A stretch of DNA of 64,000 bases from an uncultured archaeon (GCA_964551725.1 CAZKED010000003.1:1-64000), one strand, 5' to 3'. Shown: positions 19,114 through 30,408, counted from the stretch's first letter. Made by a program: numbers and translations. Notes: generated by a model not told the origin, from the letters alone.

Positions 19114-19218
19114 GAAACCCCAATGAAAAAAAAACCAAAAAACTTTTAAACTGGAATACAACGTATTAATTTCTGAAGAATGCGGGACAGGAAAAAAGGC
19201 AAAAAAGGGAGTTCTTGG

Positions 19219-20088
19219 ATGAAGGGAATGAACGTATTGTTCCTTGTGCTGGAAGAGACGCCGAGCCTCAAGCACTTCAAGAGAGCGTTCAAAGAAAAAG
19301 GGCTGGGCGCGCAAATTCTCGACCTAAAAAAGGTAAGCCTTTCAAGCGGGAAAAAAGGCACCGAGATTTTGGATGATTCTCTCGACCTCGGAAAATTCGA
19401 CGGCGTGTATTTGAAAGCCGGCCTGAAGCTGGCGCAGTTCGCCGAGCCGCTGCTCGATGAACTGCAAAGGAGGAACTTTTACGTGCCGGTGAAAAAGAAC
19501 AGCCATTACATTTCAACGAATGAAACACTGCAGTTGACAACGCTGAACAAGTTCAGCGTGAAAGTGCCGCGCACCATGATCTTCGGCTCGCCCGAGGGGA
19601 TAAAGGCGCAGGCCGAAAAGTTCTCCTATCCCGTGCAATTCAAGGCGTTCCGAAAGGGCGAAAAGACGATGAGCATGCTCGTTGAATCCGAGCGCTCTCT
19701 TGTTTTTTTGGCGGACAGCTTCCGCGCGGAACAGGACGCCATAATCGTGAGGGAATTTATAGAGGGAGACATAGACGAATCGGCAATTATCGGCGGGAAA
19801 GTTTTCACCATAAGGAGAAAATTCGAAAAAGGCGCGCTGCAGCCCATTAAAAAAAGCCAGTCCATTAAACTGCCCGAAGCGGAAAAGGAGACAGCGATTC
19901 ATTCAGCGAACATCTGCGGTTATGACATTGCAAGCGTTAAAATGTGCAAGGGCTACGTGCTCAAGGTAAAGCCCCTCATGAAAATCAACACATTCAACCG
20001 CATTACCGGGGAAGACCTCTACGAAGAGATAGCCGATCTGTACAAGCAGAAATTGGGGGAAAGGAAGAAGCGGGAGGAAAAGAAATGA
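19219..20088 (+). CDS. RimK-like ATP-grasp protein, catalytically degenerate
   Basis: Collinear with its neighbour (VPRT, YPV.FK, REFIE, IGGKV) but lacks the GxxGxGV loop, the DIR arginine, WRAN and EVN. Confidence 0.7.
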   Translation: MKGMNVLFLVLEETPSLKHFKRAFKEKGLGAQILDLKKVSLSSGKKGTEILDDSLDLGKFDGVYLKAGLKLAQFAEPLLDELQRRNFYVPVKKNSHYISTNETLQLTTLNKFSVKVPRTMIFGSPEGIKAQAEKFSYPVQFKAFRKGEKTMSMLVESERSLVFLADSFRAEQDAIIVREFIEGDIDESAIIGGKVFTIRRKFEKGALQPIKKSQSIKLPEAEKETAIHSANICGYDIASVKMCKGYVLKVKPLMKINTFNRITGEDLYEEIADLYKQKLGERKKREEKK

Positions 20089-20989
20089 GCGAAAAAAAAC
20101 GCCTGCTCATAATAGGCTCGCGCCGATACAAAAAGAAAACAGTGAAATCCCTCATAGCCGAGGGCGAGAAACTCTTCGATTCAGTGCTTTTCGTGCCGGT
20201 TCACAAAATCCGCATCGTCGAGGAGAAGGGCGAGAACAAATTATTCTACAAAGACATTGACCTGCTCAAGTTTGATGCATGCTATCCGAGAACGGGGGCA
20301 AAGGATTTTTTTCTCGCGGAAGCAGTGCTCAAAATAATTGATGATTCTGAAATGTATTCGCCTGTAACGCTTGAATCCTACCAGTATTCAAACCACAAAT
20401 ACTATACCGTGAAAAAGCTGGCCGAAGCCGGAATTCCAACGCTTGATGCCTCGCTTTCGGTTTCGGCGGAGGCGAGCAGTTCGGTCATAAAAAAATTCGG
20501 CTTTCCCGTTGTATTGAAACTTATAAGCGGTTTCGCGGGAAAAGGGGTAATGCTGGTAAAGGACAAAAAGCAGTTGGCGTCAATCCTTGACACGCTGCAC
20601 TTGTTCGAGGAATACGTTTCGGCGCAGAAGTATGCCGCGGCGGGGAACACAGACATTCGCTGCTATGTTTTGGGCGAGGAAGTCATCGCGGCAAAGAGGA
20701 CAGGCGCGAAAGGCGACTGGCGCGCGAACATGAGCCGCGGCGGCTCGGTAAAACCCATAAAGGCAACCCCGCGCATGAAAAAGCTCGCTGTCGAAGCCGC
20801 CCGCGCCTTAAAATTCGACATCTGCGCGGTGGACATGATCGAAACAAGGAAAGCGAACGGAAAGAAAAGGGTTGCGGTAATTGAGGTGAATTTCCAGCCG
20901 GGTCCCTTCCAGAAATTCTTAGGCAACAAGATAACAAAGGCAATGGTGGAATTCATTCACGAAAAGGTTGCGGGAAAATCCGAAAAAAA

Positions 20990-20996
<7 letters not shown>
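20085..20996 (+). CDS. RimK/LysX family ATP-grasp alpha-glutamate ligase
   Basis: FPVVLK..SGFAGKGV, DIRCYV, WRANMSRGG, AVDMI, IEVN..PG. Confidence 0.9.
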
Positions 20997-23755
<2,759 letters not shown>

Positions 23756-23788
23756 GCCGCAGAGCCGGAAAAAAAGGAGTTTTTGAAA

Positions 23789-24985
23789 ATGCCTTTCTCT
23801 GGAATTGAAAAAGCGGTGGCAGAACTCAAAAAGGGAAACATGGTAATAGTCGTTGACGACAGCAGCAGGGAAAACGAGGGTGACATACTCTGCGCGGCGG
23901 AAAAGGTGAATGCGAAAAAAATGAATTTCATTATTCAGAATACCTCCGGAATAATCTGTGCGCCCATTGATTCAAAAACCGCGGCAAGATTCGACCTTCC
24001 CCCCATGGCTTCTTCCAGGGACCGCTTTGGCACTGGTTTTACGGTAAGCGTTGACGCAAAAAAAGGCACTTCAACTGGTGTAAGTGCAGCCGACCGCGTG
24101 AGGACCGTGAGAACGCTGGCAGACCCCAAAGCGGGAGAGAAAGACTTCTTCAAGCCCGGGCATGTTTTCCCTATTGTTGCAAGGGAAGGAGGCGTGCTCG
24201 AGAGAGCCGGGCACACCGAGGCATGCGTGGACCTGCTTAGGGCGGCAGAGCTCAGAACCGTGGGCGTAATAGGCGAGACAATGAAGCCCGACGGGAGCAT
24301 GGCGCGCCTTCCATACATTGAATCCCTCGCCGGAAAATTCGGCTTAAAAATTGTCTCCATTTCCGACCTCATAAAATACAGGTTGAGGCAGGAATCCCTG
24401 GTCGAGCGCGTTTCGGAAGCAACGCTTAAAACCGAGTTTGGCGATTTCAAAGTCATAGGGTTCAGGCACAGGTTTTCGGGAAACGAGTACGCCGCGCTCG
24501 TGAAGGGGAAATGGAAAAAAAGCGAAGCGGTGCCTGTGAGAATGCACTCGGGCTGTTTGACCGGCGACGTTTTCCATTCCCTTAAATGCGACTGCAGGCA
24601 GCAGCTCGTTGAGGCAATGAAGCGCATTCAGAAAAGGGGAAAGGGTGCAATCGTTTACATCCCGGAGCACGAGGGCAGGGGAATAGGCCTGGTGAACAAA
24701 ATAAAGGCATACGCCCTGCAGGAGAAAGGGCTTGACACGGTTGAGGCGAATATAGAACTCGGCTTTGCGGGCGACATTAGGGAGTACGGCATAGGCGCGC
24801 AGATTTTGCGCGAACTCGGAATCAAAAAACTGCGGCTGCTTTCAAACAATCCCGCGAAGGTCGTCGGGCTGGAGGGATACGGGCTTGAAATTGTTGTCAG
24901 GGAGCCCTTGAAGATAAAACCCACAAAGCACAACCGCGGGTATTTGCGCGCGAAAAAGGAAAAACTGGGACATAAACTGGATTGA
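23789..24985 (+). CDS. ribBA: bifunctional DHBP synthase / GTP cyclohydrolase II
   Basis: RENEGD, GHTEA, RMHSGCLTGD..S.KCDC, EGRGIGL.NK, NNPAK. Confidence 0.96.
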   Translation: MPFSGIEKAVAELKKGNMVIVVDDSSRENEGDILCAAEKVNAKKMNFIIQNTSGIICAPIDSKTAARFDLPPMASSRDRFGTGFTVSVDAKKGTSTGVSAADRVRTVRTLADPKAGEKDFFKPGHVFPIVAREGGVLERAGHTEACVDLLRAAELRTVGVIGETMKPDGSMARLPYIESLAGKFGLKIVSISDLIKYRLRQESLVERVSEATLKTEFGDFKVIGFRHRFSGNEYAALVKGKWKKSEAVPVRMHSGCLTGDVFHSLKCDCRQQLVEAMKRIQKRGKGAIVYIPEHEGRGIGLVNKIKAYALQEKGLDTVEANIELGFAGDIREYGIGAQILRELGIKKLRLLSNNPAKVVGLEGYGLEIVVREPLKIKPTKHNRGYLRAKKEKLGHKLD

Positions 24986-25036
24986 AAAATTTATTAACCC
25001 CTTATGCTTCAATTGTAACAGGGAATGGTTTTTTTT

Positions 25037-25333
25037 ATGGCGAGAAAAAGGGTTTGCGCTGATTTGCCGCCTTCGCTCGTGGCAAAGCTCGGCATAGTGA
25101 AAAAAGTGGAGAACAAGAATGCAACGGAGCTGATTGAAGCCGCGCTGGAGGAATTCATCGAAAAGGAAATTTCGGAGAGAGACATTGACAGCATTGCCAC
25201 GGATTTGTTTTACGAGGGCAGGCTTTCAGTGCAGGAACTCGAGCTCCTGCTCGGGAAAACAGAGGCAAGCGCCGCAGCGACAACAAAAAAGCTGAAAGGT
25301 AAGGCAAGGGAATTCATCGACGCAGTGGATTGA
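25037..25333 (+). CDS. ribbon-helix-helix / UPF0175-like small protein
   Basis: N-terminal strand-helix-helix pattern (RVCADLP...ELIEAALEEF) and LFYEGRLS..EL.LLG. Confidence 0.55.
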   Translation: MARKRVCADLPPSLVAKLGIVKKVENKNATELIEAALEEFIEKEISERDIDSIATDLFYEGRLSVQELELLLGKTEASAAATTKKLKGKAREFIDAVD

Positions 25334-25355
25334 GTGGAATGCCAATTCCGCCCAC

Positions 25356-25445
25356 AAAATTAGGCGAAAACCGGAGCCCGCCCGTTCTGCGAGGGGCGGA
25401 CCCCAGCCAACTCTCCTAGCGGAGCAGGCTCACCAGTTTCCTGGC
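25356..25445 (-). ncRNA. candidate structured small RNA, family not recognised
   Basis: GC-rich intergenic island with three hairpins; minus-strand TTTATA at 25472-25467; ends in a U-tract. Confidence 0.5.
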
Positions 25446-25740
25446 ATTAAGATTTCTGCTTTGGGCTATAAATAGTTAGGGTTAAGGGAGCGCAAATTTT
25501 CTGGTTTAAGGGAGGTAAACGCCTGGGTTTAAGCTGAGGGAAGGGGGAAACCGCAGAAATCGGTTAAGTTTAAAAGAGTTCATCCGTTTACTTTAGTAAC
25601 AGGCGCGTAAAAACGTCAGAAACCGCCCAAAAGCAAAAAAACGAAACAATTAAATACCAGTTGAACTATAAGTTTATTATTAACGTTATCCAGTTAACAT
25701 ATGTGCTGGTTTTTTTTAATGGTGTCATGGAGGAATTTTA

Positions 25741-26829
25741 ATGGATGATTCTGCAAACGAGAGCAAAGCGAAATCTTCAGCAAAAAGACCTATTGCCCTC
25801 ATTGGAATAATGGGCTTGGTCGCCGGCCTGATAGTGGGTCTTGCGGTTGGAATGCCCCTGGGCATTAACACCGGGCTTGCTTCACTGCCCGTAGGCGGGG
25901 AAACCAATGGAGCGGAAAGCTGCGAGGTTCCCGTGACAGTGCCAGAACTGACCGCGGAGCAGGCAAAAATTAAGGCAGAAAACTTCCTCAACGAAAGCAT
26001 GCCTGCCTTGACGGGAATGGATAACATGTCGGCGGAAGTGACAGAGGTAAATGACGAGGATGACTTTTATTACTCTGTGGCGTTCAACCTCCTCCAGGAC
26101 GACGCAATGGTCCAAGAGGCGCAGGTTTACGTGACAAAAGAGGGCGGAAAAATAATACTCGGCGGCAGCATTTTCGATTTGGACGAACCGCTGGCAGAGC
26201 CGACTCCCGAGCCGACGCCTGAACTCGCAAAATCGGACACGCCAAATGTTAAAATGTTCGTAATGAGTTACTGCCCTTACGGGCAGCAGGCTGAAACAGG
26301 ATTAAAGCCCGCGATTGAACTTCTTGGCAACACCATAGACTTCGAGCCACATTTCGTGATTTACTCCGACTATGCTTCGGGATACCCCGAATACTGCTTT
26401 GACGAGAATAACAAATATTGCTCCATGCATGGAATAAGCGAATTGAACGAGGACGTAAGACAGCTGTGCATATGGAAATACGAAAAAGACAAGTTCTGGG
26501 ACTACGTAAGCGGAATCAACGCGAATTGCTCAATCAGCGAAATAGAAACATGCTGGAAAGAGCAGGCGGAAAAAGCCGGGATAGACGCGGAGAAAATAGA
26601 GCAGTGTTTCAACGAGGAAGCCCTTGAACTCCTGGCAGCGGAAAAAGAGTTAAACAACCAGTATGGAGTAAGCGGCTCTCCCACGGTTTTAATAAACGAA
26701 ACAAGATACAGCGGCGGAAGAGCGCCTGAGAACTACAAGCTCGCAATCTGCTCGGCGTTCAACCAGGAACCGGAAGAATGCTCGCAGGAACTCGGCGACA
26801 TTTCCGGCAATGCATCAGGGCAGTGCTAA
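25741..26829 (+). CDS. membrane-anchored thioredoxin-fold oxidoreductase (DsbA/GILT-like)
   Basis: N-terminal TM, MSYCPYG active-site loop, CSMHG..E..ED....C, GSPT cis-Pro loop. Confidence 0.75.
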   Translation: MDDSANESKAKSSAKRPIALIGIMGLVAGLIVGLAVGMPLGINTGLASLPVGGETNGAESCEVPVTVPELTAEQAKIKAENFLNESMPALTGMDNMSAEVTEVNDEDDFYYSVAFNLLQDDAMVQEAQVYVTKEGGKIILGGSIFDLDEPLAEPTPEPTPELAKSDTPNVKMFVMSYCPYGQQAETGLKPAIELLGNTIDFEPHFVIYSDYASGYPEYCFDENNKYCSMHGISELNEDVRQLCIWKYEKDKFWDYVSGINANCSISEIETCWKEQAEKAGIDAEKIEQCFNEEALELLAAEKELNNQYGVSGSPTVLINETRYSGGRAPENYKLAICSAFNQEPEECSQELGDISGNASGQC

Positions 26830-26898
26830 TAAAAACATTGCCCTTCTTATATTTTCTTTTATTGTTTTTTTGGGAAAGGAGAAGAGGGAGGTAATGGA

Positions 26899-27135
26899 AT
26901 GGCAAAAGCAATAGTGTATTCAACGCCCGTGTGCCCTTACTGTTCCAAAGTGAAGGAATTCCTCAAAGAGCACGGAATTGAGTTTGAGGACGTTGACGTT
27001 TCCTCGGATCAGGGGAAAGCCAGGGAGATGATTGAAAAATCCGGGCAGATGGGCGTTCCCGTAACAGACATTGACGGCAGCATTGTCGTGGGATACGATG
27101 TCCCGAAACTGAAAGTGCTCCTGAACATTGAATAA
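26899..27135 (+). CDS. glutaredoxin-like protein (NrdH/YruB type)
   Basis: YSTPVCPYC, SGQMGVPV. Confidence 0.92.
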   Translation: MAKAIVYSTPVCPYCSKVKEFLKEHGIEFEDVDVSSDQGKAREMIEKSGQMGVPVTDIDGSIVVGYDVPKLKVLLNIE

Positions 27136-27175
27136 GGACACTGAAAATTCAACACTTTAAGAAGGAGGTTTGTTC

Positions 27176-27352
27176 ATGGCAAAAGTTGAACTGGACGAGA
27201 ACAAGTGCATCGGCTGCGGCACCTGCGTTGCGCTATGCCCTGCGAATTTTGAAATGAGCGGCGCAAAAGCGAAAGTGAAATCCGCGGAGGACAGCGGCTG
27301 CGCGAAGCAGGCCGCGGAAAACTGCCCTGTTTCCGCGATTTCCGTGAAATGA
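27176..27352 (+). CDS. monocluster ferredoxin
   Basis: CIGCGTCVALCP...CPVSAI; GGAGG SD. Confidence 0.9.
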   Translation: MAKVELDENKCIGCGTCVALCPANFEMSGAKAKVKSAEDSGCAKQAAENCPVSAISVK

Positions 27353-27365
27353 TTACGCGATTTTA

Positions 27366-27662
27366 ATGGTTTCAAAAGAGGAAATTGAAAAAGCGCTTCA
27401 CAGCGTGATCGACCCCGAAATAGGGCTTAACGTAGTGGAACTCGGGTTCATTTACGATATCCGAGTGAAAGACGGGAATGTAACGATTGAAATGACTTTG
27501 ACCAATCCAATGTGCCCTATGCAGGGAATGATTACGGGGGATGTTGAAAAAGCAGTGGCAAAAATTCCAGGGATTTCAAGGGCGGAGGTAAAACTCGTGT
27601 TCAATCCACGCTGGACTCCTGAAAGAATGACCGCAAAAGCGAGAAAAAAACTCGGGCTCTGA
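27366..27662 (+). CDS. DUF59/SufT/MIP18 Fe-S assembly protein
   Basis: VIDPEIGLNVVELG, MTLT.P.CP, PRWTPERM. Confidence 0.92.
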   Translation: MVSKEEIEKALHSVIDPEIGLNVVELGFIYDIRVKDGNVTIEMTLTNPMCPMQGMITGDVEKAVAKIPGISRAEVKLVFNPRWTPERMTAKARKKLGL

Positions 27663-27666
27663 TTTT

Positions 27667-27984
27667 TCACTCGCGGAATTCTTCCTCGCCCGCTGCTTCC
27701 AGCGCGCCCATCGCTTCATCTTCCGTGGGCTTTATTCCCGCTCTCCTTGAACGCGTGATTTTTCCCAGTTTCACGAGGGCAATGCCCGCCCATACCGCTT
27801 CGAGTATTGCGAACATTATTGCCGCTGCGCCGAGCCAGATGGCGTACACAAGCATTAACAGCGCGCCGAACAAGTTCATGAAATTGAAGACGTAATCGTC
27901 GTCGCTCCACTTGTTGAATTCGTCCATGAAGAACGCTATGAGTATAAGGCACAGTCCACCGGCGCCAATCCATTCAAAAACCAT
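27667..27984 (-). CDS. small 3-TM membrane protein
   Basis: Three hydrophobic helices; NLFGA and LEAVW pattern. Confidence 0.7.
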   Translation of the reverse strand: MVFEWIGAGGLCLILIAFFMDEFNKWSDDDYVFNFMNLFGALLMLVYAIWLGAAAIMFAILEAVWAGIALVKLGKITRSRRAGIKPTEDEAMGALEAAGEEEFRE

Positions 27985-28055
27985 TTTTTCCCCGCTCCGA
28001 TAAATGTTTATAATTAGATTACCCCTATTTCATATAAATAACTTGCGGTGAGGAA

Positions 28056-28286
28056 ATGGGCGTATTCAACAGACCGGGCGTTTTCAGGGCCAGACCAAAG
28101 AGCCCGAAAAGAACGGAAGTAAAGAGCCCTCCGGGCTACACCGGTCCTAAAATTTTCTGCCATCCCGGAAAGTCCAATCCTTGGAGATACGAAAACGGAA
28201 CTCCTGTAACCGACCCAAAAACCCTTTTAGAACTTGAAAAGCACGCGGGACACCTAGCCCGCCCCCACTTCGACCAATATGATTAA
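28056..28286 (+). CDS. hypothetical basic protein (76 aa)
   Basis: GGTGAGG SD, upstream TATA-like element, T-tract after the stop. Confidence 0.55.
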   Translation: MGVFNRPGVFRARPKSPKRTEVKSPPGYTGPKIFCHPGKSNPWRYENGTPVTDPKTLLELEKHAGHLARPHFDQYD

Positions 28287-28319
28287 ATAACTGGTTGCCC
28301 TTCTTTTTTTGGGAGTTTA

Positions 28320-28466
28320 ATGGAGAAGAAGTTCTGGCGCTGCAATGTGTGCAACGACATACATTACGGCGTTGCCGGTCCGGAGCTATGCCCTACCTGC
28401 AACACGAAAAACGCGTACGTTGAGATTGACGAGGCGGAAGCGAAAAAGGTAATGGGTTTTGCATGA
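28320..28466 (+). CDS. rubredoxin-like protein (48 aa, not in ORF track)
   Basis: Hand translation: MEKKFWRCNVCNDIHYGVAGPELCPTCNTKNAYVEIDEAEAKKVMGFA; GGAG SD; ATGA overlap with the next gene. Confidence 0.85.
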   Translation: MEKKFWRCNVCNDIHYGVAGPELCPTCNTKNAYVEIDEAEAKKVMGFA

Positions 28467-28732
28467 ACAGGGAAGAAATACTGAAAGCATTCCAGGCATT
28501 TACTGAAAAGAACGATTTTGAACTGAACGCCGAAAAAGAGTTTCTGGGCAAGCTCATCGACGGAATCCTTGAAAACGAAAAAAGGTTCGGATTGAAGCTC
28601 TGCCCCTGCCGCATCCGCGACGGAACAAAGGAGCGCGATTTGCTGCTGATCTGTCCGTGCAATTTCAAGGCGCAGGACACCTGGCGCGAGCAAGGGCGCT
28701 GTTGGTGCGGGTTGTTTGTTAAAAGGCAGTGA
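28463..28732 (+). CDS. ferredoxin:thioredoxin reductase catalytic subunit
   Basis: CPC...CPC...CWC signature. Confidence 0.92.
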   Translation: MNREEILKAFQAFTEKNDFELNAEKEFLGKLIDGILENEKRFGLKLCPCRIRDGTKERDLLLICPCNFKAQDTWREQGRCWCGLFVKRQ

Positions 28733-28811
28733 AAGGGGAATTTTCTGACATGCCGAAAAGGAATTCAAAAAAGTTAAATAAATTTCTGCTGTTTTTTCCG
28801 TTGGTGATTCA

Positions 28812-29003
28812 ATGGTTATGGACAAATGCCCGAAATGCGGTTCGACGGAAATAAGCAAGGGAGCGGTCGCGGGCGCAAGAATTCTTTATAAGTCTTCAGA
28901 TACCAAAAAGGACTTTTTTGGAGGCGCAAACTGGTTCACTCCTTTTGCCTGCAAAAACTGCGGCTATGTTGAATTCTACGTTGACGCAAGCAAGCTTAAA
29001 TAA
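28812..29003 (+). CDS. small zinc-ribbon protein
   Basis: CPKCGS...CKNCGYVEFY. Confidence 0.85.
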   Translation: MVMDKCPKCGSTEISKGAVAGARILYKSSDTKKDFFGGANWFTPFACKNCGYVEFYVDASKLK

Positions 29004-29040
29004 ACAAAGAAGCTGATGTTAAAAGTCTGCAAGAATTGAG

Positions 29041-29124
29041 TGCACGGGGGCGGATTCGGACCGCCGAACGCACTAAGCGACGAGATCTTGAGTCTCGCGG
29101 GTTTGGCCACTTCCCTACCCGTGC
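29041..29124 (-). tRNA. tRNA-Leu(CAA)
   Basis: Acceptor GCACGGG/CCCGUGC+A, anticodon stem CGAGA/UCUCG with loop CU-CAA-GA, long variable arm; T-loop UCCGAAU. Confidence 0.93.
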
Positions 29125-29250
29125 AACACTGCGCGCATTGTCTGGTATTGCAGAAGTAATAATAAGTTGGAAAAGGAAATTAATAAATCTGCCGCTTTGC
29201 TTTCACTCGCGTTTTTGCGCCGCCTTTTCGCCGCCTTTGCGGTGCCTTTC

Positions 29251-29631
29251 CTACTTTATGTCGAGTATTTGACCTGCCCGAATCAACAGACCCTTTGCTT
29301 TGAGGAATACCGCGCCCGAATCGCCTTCTTCTAGCGCCCGCACCCTGCGCCCGTTCTGCTGGACTTCCCTTATTTTGAAATCCTGTTCGCCGAGCAGCAC
29401 CCTGTTTTTTGAAGTGATTCTCCCGCGGAGCAGTGTGCCTTTGACCATGGCAAGGTCGTGCACTTCGTAATAGCCGGAAACCTCGAAAGCGTTGTTTTCA
29501 ACGCTCGCTGCTTTTTTCTCCTGCCGTATTTCCTCTATTTCAAGGTCAATCTTTTTCTTCTGGTGCTCGGGAACGCACACGCCTAACCTGTGCTCTTTCC
29601 TCGGCTTTGCCAAAACCTGCATTATTCCCAT
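29251..29631 (-). CDS. stand-alone EF-Tu domain II-like beta-barrel protein (Pbp11-like)
   Basis: FEV..Y.V....VKG.L.RG.I...IREVQ.....V..LEEGDSGAVFL...I.AGQIL pattern. Confidence 0.65.
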   Translation of the reverse strand: MGIMQVLAKPRKEHRLGVCVPEHQKKKIDLEIEEIRQEKKAASVENNAFEVSGYYEVHDLAMVKGTLLRGRITSKNRVLLGEQDFKIREVQQNGRRVRALEEGDSGAVFLKAKGLLIRAGQILDIK

Positions 29632-29712
29632 CTGACCACCTGCAAACACGCCTATAATTAACTTTCTTCCTAAAAACGATTAAAAAAGTTGCCTTGGACA
29701 GGAAAACCGGGT

Positions 29713-29979
29713 TCAGGAGCGCTCAATGCTGGATTTGCCCATTTCGAGTATCTGGCCTGTAAGAAGGAGAATCCAGCCCACGACAAGAAGAATGATTGTG
29801 TAAGGGGTGAGGTCCAGTGGATGAGTGGCGCGCAGCACGAAATGCCAGTCAATTATGCTGAGAATCAGGGCAATTGAAATGAGAATAAAAGAGGTTCCCT
29901 CGTACTTCCTGCCCCTCCGGAGCTTGCGGTATTCCGCCTCATAGCGCTTCTTGTAATAGTCCCTTTCCCTTACGACCAT
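29713..29979 (-). CDS. small 2-TM membrane protein
   Basis: Basic N-terminus followed by two hydrophobic helices. Confidence 0.65.
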   Translation of the reverse strand: MVVRERDYYKKRYEAEYRKLRRGRKYEGTSFILISIALILSIIDWHFVLRATHPLDLTPYTIILLVVGWILLLTGQILEMGKSSIERS

Positions 29980-30215
29980 GGAGTTCAGGTAATTTAATGT
30001 TCCCGAGGTATTTATTTCTTTCTCCGGTGCAATTCTGCCTCAAAGAATAAAATCAGTCCCTTTCAAGGAGAACAATCCTGCCGCGGTCTCCGCCCATTCC
30101 ATTTCCTCCAGAACATAAAAATAGCAACAGTGCGGATTTATATAGGCAAGGTTAAACGAAAAGCAACCTTTTGGTTTAAAAATTAAGCAAAACGGGCGGA
30201 AAAGGTTAATTTTTC

Positions 30216-30317
30216 TCATATTATTTCGAGCGCCTGCAGCAAAGCCATAAGCAGCATTCCCAAAATCACGCCAAGCAAAAAAACCATTGAATGCTTTGAC
30301 TTATACTTGTACTCCAT
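30216..30317 (-). CDS. 33-aa single-TM protein (not in ORF track)
   Basis: Hand translation: MEYKYKSKHSMVFLLGVILGMLLMALLQALEII; TATA-like element upstream. Confidence 0.55.
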   Translation of the reverse strand: MEYKYKSKHSMVFLLGVILGMLLMALLQALEII

Positions 30318-30408
30318 TAAAACCACTGCAAAGCGTAAACAAATAAAATAACGCTTTTAAATATAAAAACCTTTCCTCTTCCCTTTACTGGTATAATGGA
30401 GTGTTTTT

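Noticed and set aside
25356-25470. SRP RNA, RNase P RNA, FMN riboswitch or HDV-like ribozyme identity for the structured element
   Set aside because: The SRP helix-8, RNase P P4 and FMN consensus motifs are absent. An HDV-like P3/L3 resemblance (CUC-UCCUAGCG-GAG on the plus strand) lacks the GG needed for P1.1 and a properly placed P2
25479-25570. CRISPR array or ORB-type origin
   Set aside because: The repeats are only about 8 bp with short spacing; there are no cas or cdc6 genes in the window and no ORB consensus
29190-29250. Short GCCGCCTTT-like repeats
   Set aside because: Few, imperfect and low in complexity
30040-30145. Minus-strand TATA + GGAGG followed by 14-20 codon ORFs
   Set aside because: Too short and featureless to call; possibly a gene remnant
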